Of a DNA stretch of 53,362 bases, positions 1 to 6,360 are shown one piece after another (within the stretch, counting starts at the first letter, position 1; each line of letters begins with the position of its first letter). The notes under the pieces are model-generated. The model saw only the letters and a list, made by a program, of their open reading frames with translations. It was not told where the DNA came from and did not search any database. Source of the stretch: a virus; the IMG/VR virus record IMGVR_UViG_3300047160_009474, positions 1 to 53,362 of that record. One strand, 5' to 3'. The translations under genes and the position numbers were made by a program.

Positions 1-97
1 CAACTCTCAACCATTGGCGCGATGAGAGCACCGCATGGCGAACCGGCCACCAAAGTAGGCAAGGTCCTGGGCACCACCGGCAGGCTCCTCTCCTGGA
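1..97. repeat. Terminal overlap copy 1, identical to 53266-53362 (circular or terminally redundant genome, unit 53,265 bp)
   Basis: Base-by-base comparison of both window ends gives an identical 97-mer caactctcaaccattggcgcgatgagagc...ggctcctctcctgga. Confidence 0.95.
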
Positions 98-1143
98 CCG
101 ACCGGACCACCCGCTTAGTGCTGGATGATGCCTTTAAACAACTCACCGCTGAGGGGCTGGTCCCCAATACCGAAACGGCTCGGCGCGAATACACCAACCA
201 GCTGGGCCAATACAATCGCCGGGCTCAGGGGCTCATTGTGAAAATCTTCCGCGACACCGGCTTTGGACCTTTTGTCACTGCCGGGCGCACCTTCCTAGCC
301 ATGGGCTGGCGCATGGGGACCCTCTCCCCGGGAGTGCCCGCCACCAGTCTCAAGGCTGCCGCCGCCCTCCGCGCCAATGTCGCCACCAAATGGATCGGGG
401 CTTTCGCCCTGTTGGCCGCTGCCAATTATCTCCTGACCAAGCACCTGAAAAACGGCGGGGTCATGGGCCGACCGGGCACTAAGTTTGGCAACATTGATAT
501 GGGCTACAACGACAAGTCCGGGAAGATGGTTCAGTTCCCCCTGATGGATGCGCTGGGGTTGGGCAAGAGCCTCCATGTTGAGGGAATTCGCGGAGCGGTT
601 GATGCCTACCGGCTGGGGCTGACCCCGGGGGACATGGTCGATGCCGCCGCTCGCGACATCATCAACTCTGACATCGCGCCCTTCGCCGGTCCTCCGGTGA
701 AATTCGGAGTCACCGCCATCTCCGGTTATCCTGCTGCAGTGAATGTGGGCCGGGTCTCGACCATCGTTCCGCCCGGTCAGAGCCAGTTCGCCGAAAACCT
801 GAGTGAAGCGATGAAGCAGGCCAACCCCATGGTCACCGGGGCTCGCAAGCTTTATGCGGGTAAATCGGCTGCGGAAGTCCTCTCCACCCAAATCCCCCGC
901 TACTCTCTTGCTGCGGGCAAGACCGAGGCCACTGCCCAAAACTATCTCAAGATTGTCACCCTGGCCCAGGCCGCACAATACACCGATGGCATCGTGCATG
1001 ACGCACGGCGGCTCCCACCTGAGGAACGCCTCAAATTTGTCTCTGACCAGATCAATCGAATGGCCCCGGACCTGCGGCCCCATGCCTGGAAAGAAATGCG
1101 CCGTCGACGGGTCTTTGCCCTGCCTCAATCAATGGAGAAATAA
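1..1143 (+). CDS. 3' part (last 380 codons) of the giant ~2,280-aa virion-associated protein ORF that starts at 47566 and crosses the junction
   Basis: The frame from base 1 (QLSTIGAMRAPHGE...) is the same peptide that ends the window. Stop TAA is at 1141-1143. Track ORF 22..1143 is only the internal-Met remnant. Confidence 0.85.
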   Translation, partial: QLSTIGAMRAPHGEPATKVGKVLGTTGRLLSWTDRTTRLVLDDAFKQLTAEGLVPNTETARREYTNQLGQYNRRAQGLIVKIFRDTGFGPFVTAGRTFLAMGWRMGTLSPGVPATSLKAAAALRANVATKWIGAFALLAAANYLLTKHLKNGGVMGRPGTKFGNIDMGYNDKSGKMVQFPLMDALGLGKSLHVEGIRGAVDAYRLGLTPGDMVDAAARDIINSDIAPFAGPPVKFGVTAISGYPAAVNVGRVSTIVPPGQSQFAENLSEAMKQANPMVTGARKLYAGKSAAEVLSTQIPRYSLAAGKTEATAQNYLKIVTLAQAAQYTDGIVHDARRLPPEERLKFVSDQINRMAPDLRPHAWKEMRRRRVFALPQSMEK

Positions 1144-1148
1144 AAACT

Positions 1149-1346
1149 ATGAACATCAACCTGCACAACGCACTGGCGATTGCCATCCTCACCGTCCTGT
1201 CCCTGGCCTTCTGCGGCCTGTGGCATGATCGGGTCAACGTCTGGCAGTCCCTGAAGAAGACCGACACCATTGTCTTTGCCGTCATCTTCATCATCCTCTT
1301 CATGCTGGGCCAGCACTGGAACATCCTGCTCTTCGAACCCAGCTAG
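1149..1346 (+). CDS. Small membrane protein with two hydrophobic helices (holin-like size and position; function unproven)
   Basis: ATG lies 6 nt after the giant-ORF stop, with GGAGA about 10 nt upstream. Hydrophobic stretches AIAILTVLSLAFCGLW and IVFAVIFIILFML. Confidence 0.6.
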   Translation: MNINLHNALAIAILTVLSLAFCGLWHDRVNVWQSLKKTDTIVFAVIFIILFMLGQHWNILLFEPS

Positions 1347-1367
1347 AGCTAGATTTAGCGGACGGGT

Positions 1368-1424
1368 AAAAAAGGGCGGCACCAAGGGAGTTGCATGACT
1401 CAGGACTCGTTAATGATGCCGCCC
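1368..1424 (-). terminator. Putative intrinsic terminator for leftward (minus-strand) transcription
   Basis: GGGCGGCA (1374-1381) pairs with TGCCGCCC (1417-1424). On the minus strand the stem is followed by U6 (A6 at 1368-1373 on plus). The ~35-nt loop is unusually long. Confidence 0.4.
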
Positions 1425-1639
1425 ATAGCCAATCCATACGAACCATTCCATTGCGAACGAAGCACGGGTCCGTATGCCAATCGGTTCCCCCCTTTTTTAA
1501 AACTGGCGCGGGGTCATTACCAAACCGCCGTTCAACCTTTCGGTCAATGTAGTCCGATAAGCGGACCCCGCATTAAAGCATGGGGCTGGTGTAAGCCAAA
1601 CCCCACACGCTTATCACAAGTAGTTTCCCAAAATAATCT

Positions 1640-1659
1640 GTTGACAGATTAGTGTCAAC
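1640..1659. promoter_or_regulatory. Late-type inverted-repeat motif, perfect palindrome GTTGACA-gattag-TGTCAAC (contains TTGACA)
   Basis: 1636-1665 shares ATCTGTTGACA-N9-CAACGTGCGA with the copy upstream of the capsid gene (27521-27550, minus strand). Confidence 0.6.
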
Positions 1660-2265
1660 GTGCGATTGGGGCTTCATGGTTTACGAGACCCAGGATAGTC
1701 GCGAAGTTCAGATTTCGGTCTACGCGCCGAAACTTCAGACTATCCAAAGCGTAACCGAGGGGCGTCCTAGTCCGACCACCCTCAAACCCTCTGGTGCTCG
1801 TAACGCCAGAGGACATTTTGCCCCGGGTCGAAGTAACAGGGTTATCTTATCAGCAATGGTAATTCGAACCCCCTGTGACAAACCTTATCCGGGGCTTTCC
1901 GCACAAACCCATGGCCACCCTTTGGCCTGGCACTCCCACATCCTCAAAGGCATTGCTGCCCTTGGAAAGCGGGGAGTCCACCGGCCTAGGTCCCCCGCAG
2001 AGAGGATTAACACCTCCGCAGGATATCGACCGAATCCGCCCGCCCTGGACTGTGTCTGCGGAAGAAGTAAGAATCCCGGCTAAGGCCCTGCAGCCTCGTC
2101 ACAGATTATAGCCCTGGATTCGACCGGAGCAGTCGGAAGCTCTCCGACCCCGGAACCAACCATTGGGGGCGGTGTGTGTACAAGAGAAAGGCTCCCGGAG
2201 AATGCAACAACCCCAGGAGCCTCAAGGAAGCCAAACGAACCAATGACGTTAACCACCCTACCTCC

Positions 2266-2285
2266 GTCGCCACTCCACTGTCAAC
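2266..2285 (-). promoter_or_regulatory. Late-type inverted-repeat motif copy (minus-strand reading GTTGACA-gtggag-TGGCGAC)
   Basis: Minus strand GGTGTTGACAGtggaGTGGCgACGG closely matches the copy at 33229-33248, GGTGTTGACAGaataGTGGCaACGG. Confidence 0.5.
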
Positions 2286-2707
2286 ACCCCCCGAGGGGGC
2301 TCCCCCCAAAAGCCCGGACGCTAAGACCACAGATCGAAAGCACCGACACTCCCAGGGGACCCCCCTCCCACCAAGAGCTGGAGTTACCACAAAACCTACC
2401 CCCTGTCCAGTAACCCGTTGTGCCGCCAAATCTCCACCACCACGTCCTGCTGACGAAACCGCGCCTCGTTAATCCGTGAACGCACCTCCACCGGAAAGAC
2501 CCGCTCGGTCGCCATCGCCCGACACTCCCGCTGCCATAACCTCCCAACCGCAACCACATCCCGAGGCCGAGGTGCCCGCAACCGCACCGTTCTACGTGGA
2601 ACCGTTGCCATATCCCTGACACTGCCACATCGTCAGGCGAATCGTCAAAATACCCGGTGGATCGTCGGGGTGATCATCGCATAGCCCCCGGCGGCAAAAG
2701 GGATCAT

Positions 2708-2732
2708 GGGGTGGGGGGCGGTGGGGGTGGGG
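2708..2732 (+). other. Canonical G-quadruplex-forming tract GGGGTGGGGGGCGGTGGGGGTGGGG
   Basis: Four or more G-runs of at least 4 separated by 1-4 nt, read directly. It lies 19-43 nt beyond the stop of the minus-strand gene 2751..3215. Confidence 0.5.
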
Positions 2733-2750
2733 CTCGACACAAAGCATGCT

Positions 2751-3215
2751 TCATCCTGGCTCACTGGCTCCATTGTCACTCGACTGGCAACCATTGCTTT
2801 CCTGCTTTGGTGTAACTGGCTCAATATCAAGTACTTGTCCATTGTCGAGTGGACTACTACCAATAGTCGATTCTAGATTAAGTGACGAAAGCCCGTGATA
2901 CGTGGGGGGTTTTTCGGGGTGATACTGGCCCGGCCCGGGGATTTGGGCAACGTATGTCCATGCTCGGAATATGCGATCATACGCTCGGGTTAACCCGTCG
3001 TAAGCCTTAAAGCCAGTCGCTTTCAATAGGGCTTCATACAATCTCTCTTTCAATACGCTTAGGCGGGCAAGCTCCACCGCAATGGCTTCCGCACTGATTA
3101 CGGGTACTACCGGGCCGAGCGTACCGGGGTAAAGCTTCGCCAGTTTGTTCTGTTTCCGCTTTTCGTGGCCCCGGGCGGACATCTCCCGGGCATTTTGCGG
3201 AGTAAATAGCGGCAT
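2751..3215 (-). CDS. Hypothetical protein with a basic N-terminus (possible DNA-binding or small-terminase-like role, unverified)
   Basis: Track ORF 2751..3326 trimmed to the internal Met (MPLFTPQNAREMSARGHEKRKQNK...). Its acidic or polar C-terminus looks disordered. Confidence 0.45.
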   Translation of the reverse strand: MPLFTPQNAREMSARGHEKRKQNKLAKLYPGTLGPVVPVISAEAIAVELARLSVLKERLYEALLKATGFKAYDGLTRAYDRIFRAWTYVAQIPGPGQYHPEKPPTYHGLSSLNLESTIGSSPLDNGQVLDIEPVTPKQESNGCQSSDNGASEPG

Positions 3216-3317
3216 GCTGGGAATAGTCGCCCCGGGCCGCAGTGGGGTCAAGCAGTCGACTGGCTTTTGTGTCCCCCCAGGATGGAAAAATAAACCACGG
3301 TTGAGCGGGGTACACTG

Positions 3318-3346
3318 TTGACACATTGTGCCACATTCGGTAACTT
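3318..3346 (+). promoter_or_regulatory. Sigma70-like early promoter TTGACA-17-TAACTT with operator ATTGTGCCACATT in the spacer
   Basis: -35 at 3318-3323, -10 at 3341-3346, operator at 3325-3337. It sits at the head of the plus-strand early block. Confidence 0.6.
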
Positions 3347-3388
3347 AGGAGGAGTCGGGGCAATGAAGCCCGGCGAAACAAATAGAAA

Positions 3389-3397
3389 GTGACGCAG
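3389..3397 (+). promoter_or_regulatory. GTGACGCAG box 3 nt upstream of the start codon
   Basis: aatagaaaGTGACGCAGtttATG. The same extended context, aatagaaagtgacgcag, occurs at 4895-4911. Confidence 0.5.
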
Positions 3398-3400
3398 TTT

Positions 3401-3733
3401 ATGACATCGATCGAATTATTCAACGTTGCCCGGCAATTGGGCTTTCAACTCCAAAGTGTACAGAAATGCCCCGACTGTGGGCAGGTCTCAACTAAGCTCA
3501 CAAATTCAGTAGTGAAGTACTGCAAACATTGCGAGCATAATGTTACCGGAGGAGTTTGTTATCACGGTCAAACCGATGCCACAATTGATATGCTCGACTG
3601 CCAGGATTGTGGCGTTGCCCGGGCTGATTTTATCCGGGGCGCACAAGATACCATCCGGGAACAAATCACCTTTTTAGAGGATGTGCCTTGTGTCGACTAT
3701 GACGACTACAAAGCCAAATTCGCCCGCCTTTAG
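3401..3733 (+). CDS. Small Cys-rich (zinc-ribbon-like) early protein
   Basis: ATG at 3401; the track start at 3389 is the GTG inside the box. CxxC pairs: CPDCG, CKHCEH, CQDCG. Confidence 0.7.
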   Translation: MTSIELFNVARQLGFQLQSVQKCPDCGQVSTKLTNSVVKYCKHCEHNVTGGVCYHGQTDATIDMLDCQDCGVARADFIRGAQDTIREQITFLEDVPCVDYDDYKAKFARL

Positions 3734-3742
3734 ATAGTGCCC

Positions 3743-3786
3743 CACGTTGAGCCCCGGGCCACGCCTAGGGGTTCACTGTGACGCAG
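3743..3786 (+). repeat. Early intergenic hairpin element copy 1 (13-bp stem) ending in TGTGACGCAG
   Basis: CACGTTGAGCCCC (3743-3755) pairs with GGGGTTCACTGTG (3768-3780). It lies just after the stop at 3733. Confidence 0.75.
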
Positions 3787-3873
3787 TATTTAAACAATCA
3801 ATCGCCCGGGGCGCATGCCATCCGGGGACTTTTGTCCCCACTGCGTCACCATGCTCCTGGGCAAATCATGAGA

Positions 3874-3882
3874 GTGACGCAG
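3874..3882 (+). promoter_or_regulatory. GTGACGCAG box 1 nt upstream of the start codon
   Basis: gagaGTGACGCAGcATG. An inverted copy ACTGCGTCAC lies at 3840-3849. Confidence 0.5.
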
Positions 3883-3883
3883 C

Positions 3884-4609
3884 ATGATCAATTCGATCGA
3901 AACTATCCCCAGTAGGGGAATAAAACCCACAGTACTAAAACATCATCCCCGGTTCACCATTCCTGAACTTGTCCCCCTCAACGTGGGGCTTGCTTGGGAA
4001 TTAACTGGCGGACTATCGGAGCCCAGTAAAATGCCTTGCCATGGCTTTTCTACCCCTGCCCGGCGTTGCAACGTGGGGACAAAATTGCGCGAAGTCCCCG
4101 GTTCAATTTGTGAAATCTGTTACGCATTTGAACGTGGCAGGTATGGCTTTGAAGTAGTCCAGTTAGCTTTGGAGCGTAGGTACGAAGCTTTAATGAATGA
4201 GCCCCGGTGGACTGAAGCAATGGTCTGGCTCATTAATCGCTTTGAAAAGTCGGGGTACTTCCGCTGGTTTGATTCCGGGGATGTTCCTGACTTTGCCGCA
4301 TTGGAGAAGATCATTGAAGTAGTCCGCCAAACCCCCAGGATTAAACACTGGCTCCCTACCAAGGAATACGGGCTGATATCGCAATGGGTCAAAGCCCATG
4401 GGGCTTTTCCTAAAAACCTGACTGTACGCTTGTCCGCCTACATGGTGAACGGTGCCCCCCCTCGCGAGCTCGCCAAGCGTTTAGGGGTTTTAACATCCGG
4501 GGTTAAAAAACGGGGCTTTTCCTGCCCGGCATCATTGCAAGGCAATCAATGCGGGGAATGCCGCACCTGCTGGCAAAAACGGGGCAACGTTAACTATCAC
4601 AAGCATTAA
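3884..4609 (+). CDS. Cys-rich early protein, 241 aa (resembles, from memory, the phage 'gene product 88' type family; unverified)
   Basis: Long ORF with an ATG start. Motifs CEICYAFERGRYG, FRWFDSGD and a C-terminal CGECRTCW. Confidence 0.7.
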   Translation: MINSIETIPSRGIKPTVLKHHPRFTIPELVPLNVGLAWELTGGLSEPSKMPCHGFSTPARRCNVGTKLREVPGSICEICYAFERGRYGFEVVQLALERRYEALMNEPRWTEAMVWLINRFEKSGYFRWFDSGDVPDFAALEKIIEVVRQTPRIKHWLPTKEYGLISQWVKAHGAFPKNLTVRLSAYMVNGAPPRELAKRLGVLTSGVKKRGFSCPASLQGNQCGECRTCWQKRGNVNYHKH

Positions 4610-4614
4610 TTCCT

Positions 4615-4821
4615 ATGGAAGCCAATCAAAAGATCGTCAAATTGCGCCTTGTACGTAAAAGCGAAACAGCGGAATGGCTTGTGAAAGTTTGGGTGTGGGT
4701 AGGTGGCAAGTGGCTTTATTCGGAACTGGCAACGTATTACACGGATGATAAAGGTGACGCAGTAGCCACATTGTCAACCATGGCCCGGCAGTACTCCGCA
4801 CAAGGCTATTCACTTCTTTAA
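4615..4821 (+). CDS. Hypothetical small protein (68 aa)
   Basis: ATG lies 6 nt after the preceding stop. The sequence is non-repetitive and contains an internal in-frame GTGACGCAG (4754-4762). Confidence 0.6.
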   Translation: MEANQKIVKLRLVRKSETAEWLVKVWVWVGGKWLYSELATYYTDDKGDAVATLSTMARQYSAQGYSLL

Positions 4822-4902
4822 GCGCAATGATCACCCCATGCCCCCGGGCTGCAATCCCGTGGGGTATTGGGTGGCAATTACGCCACAAAAAACCAATAGA
4901 AA

Positions 4903-4911
4903 GTGACGCAG
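4903..4911 (+). promoter_or_regulatory. GTGACGCAG box 1 nt upstream of the start codon
   Basis: aatagaaaGTGACGCAGcATG. Confidence 0.5.
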
Positions 4912-4912
4912 C

Positions 4913-5227
4913 ATGAAGATTAGAAAACTCGCAACACCCCTCGGAAAGTACCGAGGCAAAAAGTACTATCGTTTCACCGTGTACTTTGAACAGTCTGGCA
5001 TAGGCTGGAATATCTCACGACCCATGGCGATCATTGCCAGTAGCGCGATCGAGGCATGCAACGCCATTCGGAACGAATTCGCCCATACGCTGGAGTACCC
5101 GGCGGAGTTTATTTGTTGCGGCCCGGCAGGGGGCAGGGTTGATCGCTTTGTCGGGTGGGAGTCAATGATCTGGGCTAAAATGGTTTCGACAATTCGCGGG
5201 CAGGAACAAATCCCACTACCCCTCTAA
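4913..5227 (+). CDS. Hypothetical protein (104 aa)
   Basis: ATG-initiated ORF directly behind the box. Confidence 0.65.
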   Translation: MKIRKLATPLGKYRGKKYYRFTVYFEQSGIGWNISRPMAIIASSAIEACNAIRNEFAHTLEYPAEFICCGPAGGRVDRFVGWESMIWAKMVSTIRGQEQIPLPL

Positions 5228-5231
5228 ACTT

Positions 5232-5606
5232 ATGACATCCAAACATAAAGAGCTCTTTTTTGTGAGCTCAACCGATGGTTGCCTACTGAGGCAAGATACT
5301 TGTCAGGTCGTACGCAAAAACTATTGCGGCCACCATATGCACATTGCGGACAATGAGGATTTTAAGGCTACACTCCGGGCCGGGCCTTACACTTTCCCGG
5401 GCTGCTATCCGCTCTTCTTTATCACCCGGGATAGTGGCGCAATTTGCTTCCCATGTGCTCAGAGGGAAGCCCGGCGAATAATGTCGAGCATTCGATCGGA
5501 TTGTAATGACGGGTGGCGCATAGAGGCATGCGACGTAAACTATGAGGATCCTCAACTCATGTGTGACCATTGCTCAAAGCCGATCCAATCAGCCTACGGA
5601 GATTAG
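5232..5606 (+). CDS. Cys-rich hypothetical protein (124 aa)
   Basis: ATG lies 5 nt after the preceding stop. Motifs FPGCYPLFFITRDSGAICFPCA and LMCDHCSKPI. Confidence 0.7.
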   Translation: MTSKHKELFFVSSTDGCLLRQDTCQVVRKNYCGHHMHIADNEDFKATLRAGPYTFPGCYPLFFITRDSGAICFPCAQREARRIMSSIRSDCNDGWRIEACDVNYEDPQLMCDHCSKPIQSAYGD

Positions 5607-5676
5607 CTAACACATGGGGCCAGGACAAACATTCTGGCCCCTTTCCGCATAGAACCAAAAACCAAAAAAGAGGAAA

Positions 5677-5685
5677 GTGACGCGC
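5677..5685 (+). promoter_or_regulatory. Variant box GTGACGCGC 4 nt upstream of a start codon
   Basis: aggaaaGTGACGCGCtgatATG. Confidence 0.4.
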
Positions 5686-5689
5686 TGAT

Positions 5690-5860
5690 ATGGAAACAGT
5701 ACCAAGCACACAGACGGGGCCGATCGAGAGTTCGATCGAGAGCTCGAACCCGATCGAGAGGCCCGATGTCTTTGCCATCTACCAGCTCCTCCGCAGGCAC
5801 AAGATTGAGGCTAAATATGTGGTCGAGTTTGCCCGCATTTTGCTCAACTCCACAGCGTAA
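5690..5860 (+). CDS. Small ORF (56 aa), below the track threshold
   Basis: METVPSTQTGPIESSIESSNPIERPDVFAIYQLLRRHKIEAKYVVEFARILLNSTA. It is preceded by the box variant and carries CGATCGAGAG three times. Confidence 0.45.
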   Translation: METVPSTQTGPIESSIESSNPIERPDVFAIYQLLRRHKIEAKYVVEFARILLNSTA

Positions 5861-5871
5861 TCTGATTGATT

Positions 5872-5915
5872 CACATTGAGCCCCGGGCTAAGGTCTAGGG
5901 GTTCACTGTGACCCA
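5872..5915 (+). repeat. Early intergenic hairpin element copy 2
   Basis: CACATTGAGCCCC (5872-5884) pairs with GGGGTTCACTGTG (5898-5910). It lies just after the stop at 5860. Confidence 0.75.
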
Positions 5916-5953
5916 AATAGGCCACATTAACATTAACCATCAAAACTAAGAAA

Positions 5954-5962
5954 GTGACGCAG
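5954..5962 (+). promoter_or_regulatory. GTGACGCAG box 3 nt upstream of the start codon
   Basis: aagaaaGTGACGCAGaatATG. Confidence 0.5.
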
Positions 5963-5965
5963 AAT

Positions 5966-6352
5966 ATGAGTGAACAAAAACCGAAACCCGATCAAGAGCT
6001 CGACCACAGACGATCGAGAGCTAACCCAATGAGCATTCTCGACTACATCAAGGCAGTGGATGAGGCCTTGGAACATCGCTACTGTGTCAGCATTGCGGAG
6101 GCTGGCATTGATGCGGCTGAGTTACTCACCGCCCAGGCGGAAGGCTGGAGCCCAGAGCAGTATGTCGAGTGGTTTGGAGAGAAGCACGACCTGACCGAGA
6201 AGAGCCAGTGGGACCTAGCTAAGGCCGTTGCGGAGTTAGCCCCCCAGTTCTGTTCCATGTGCGAGGGTCCCTTGATGCTGTTAGGAAGCTTGGGAAACCT
6301 CGCGCACTACCGGTGCCGTAATTGTGGCTTAGACTTTTCCCGTGGAGTGTAG
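5966..6352 (+). CDS. Hypothetical protein with a C-terminal zinc-ribbon-like motif (128 aa)
   Basis: ATG at 5966; the track start at 5954 is the GTG of the box. C-terminal CSMCEG...YRCRNCG. Confidence 0.7.
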   Translation: MSEQKPKPDQELDHRRSRANPMSILDYIKAVDEALEHRYCVSIAEAGIDAAELLTAQAEGWSPEQYVEWFGEKHDLTEKSQWDLAKAVAELAPQFCSMCEGPLMLLGSLGNLAHYRCRNCGLDFSRGV

Positions 6353-6360
6353 CCTACTCT

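Larger units (their letters stand above)
1368..2250 (-). ncRNA. Candidate large structured ncRNA (family unknown). Model: transcription starts downstream of the late motif at 2266-2285 and stops at the 1368-1424 terminator.
   Basis: No credible ORF, many nested helices paired by eye, a late-type motif upstream and hairpin+U6 downstream on the minus strand. Strand and ends are inferred, not shown. Confidence 0.35.

Noticed and set aside
1508-1571. A possible tRNA, suggested by the 8-bp GCGGGGTC/GACCCCGC closing stem. Other TTCGAA-containing spots were also checked (1861-1870).
   Set aside because: The stem encloses only 48 nt, too short for a tRNA. There is no D-loop GG, no T-loop with a 5-bp stem and no CCA context. 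No tRNA cloverleaf could be drawn anywhere in the window.
1661-1665. A group II intron 5' end (GTGCG) at the start of the structured block.
   Set aside because: The same GTGCGA is part of the late motif shared with 27521-27530. There is no domain V-like AGC...GNRA hairpin, no intron-encoded RT and no split host gene.
1963-2083. RNase P RNA-like strings (GGAAAGCGGGGAGTCC versus GAGGAAAGTCCGGGC; AGAATCCCGGCTAA versus ACAGAACCCGGCTTA).
   Set aside because: The two strings are only ~100 nt apart, whereas the CR-I and CR-V regions of RNase P are ~300 nt apart. The central GGGTGAAA...GGTAAGAGCGCACC module is absent.
1667-2127. tmRNA-like strings on the plus strand: GGGGCTTCATGGTTTACGAGACCC at 1667-1690, and CTGGATTCGACCGG at 2113-2126 (compare the tmRNA 5' end GGGGCUGAUUCUGGAUUCGACGGG).
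   Set aside because: There is no matching 3' acceptor strand, no T-arm (GGTTCGAATCC-type) plus ACCA end, and no plausible tag reading frame. The two strings lie 450 nt apart. This looks like coincidence; cmscan with the tmRNA models would settle it.
1395-2863. Track ORFs in the ORF-free block (1395..1652, 1652..2083, 1875..2111, 2174..2413, 2176..2472, 2106..2429-, 2281..2628-, 2396..2611-, 2645..2863-). This includes a Pro/Thr/Lys-rich ORF, 2176..2472, whose frame stays Pro-rich beyond its TAA.
   Set aside because: The ORFs overlap one another in several frames on both strands. Their low-complexity composition follows directly from the C/A (or G/T) skew, and they lack coupled or ATG starts. 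The in-frame continuation after the stop is explained by the skew rather than by readthrough.
3347-3392. Strong AGGAGG (3347-3352) followed by a 9-codon mini-ORF (3363..3392, MKPGETNRK) whose TGA lies inside the first GTGACGCAG box; considered as a leader peptide.
   Set aside because: If the TTGACA-17-TAACTT promoter is used, the transcript starts at about 3353, downstream of the AGGAGG. The apparent SD would then not be in the mRNA. The idea stays open only if transcription enters from further upstream.
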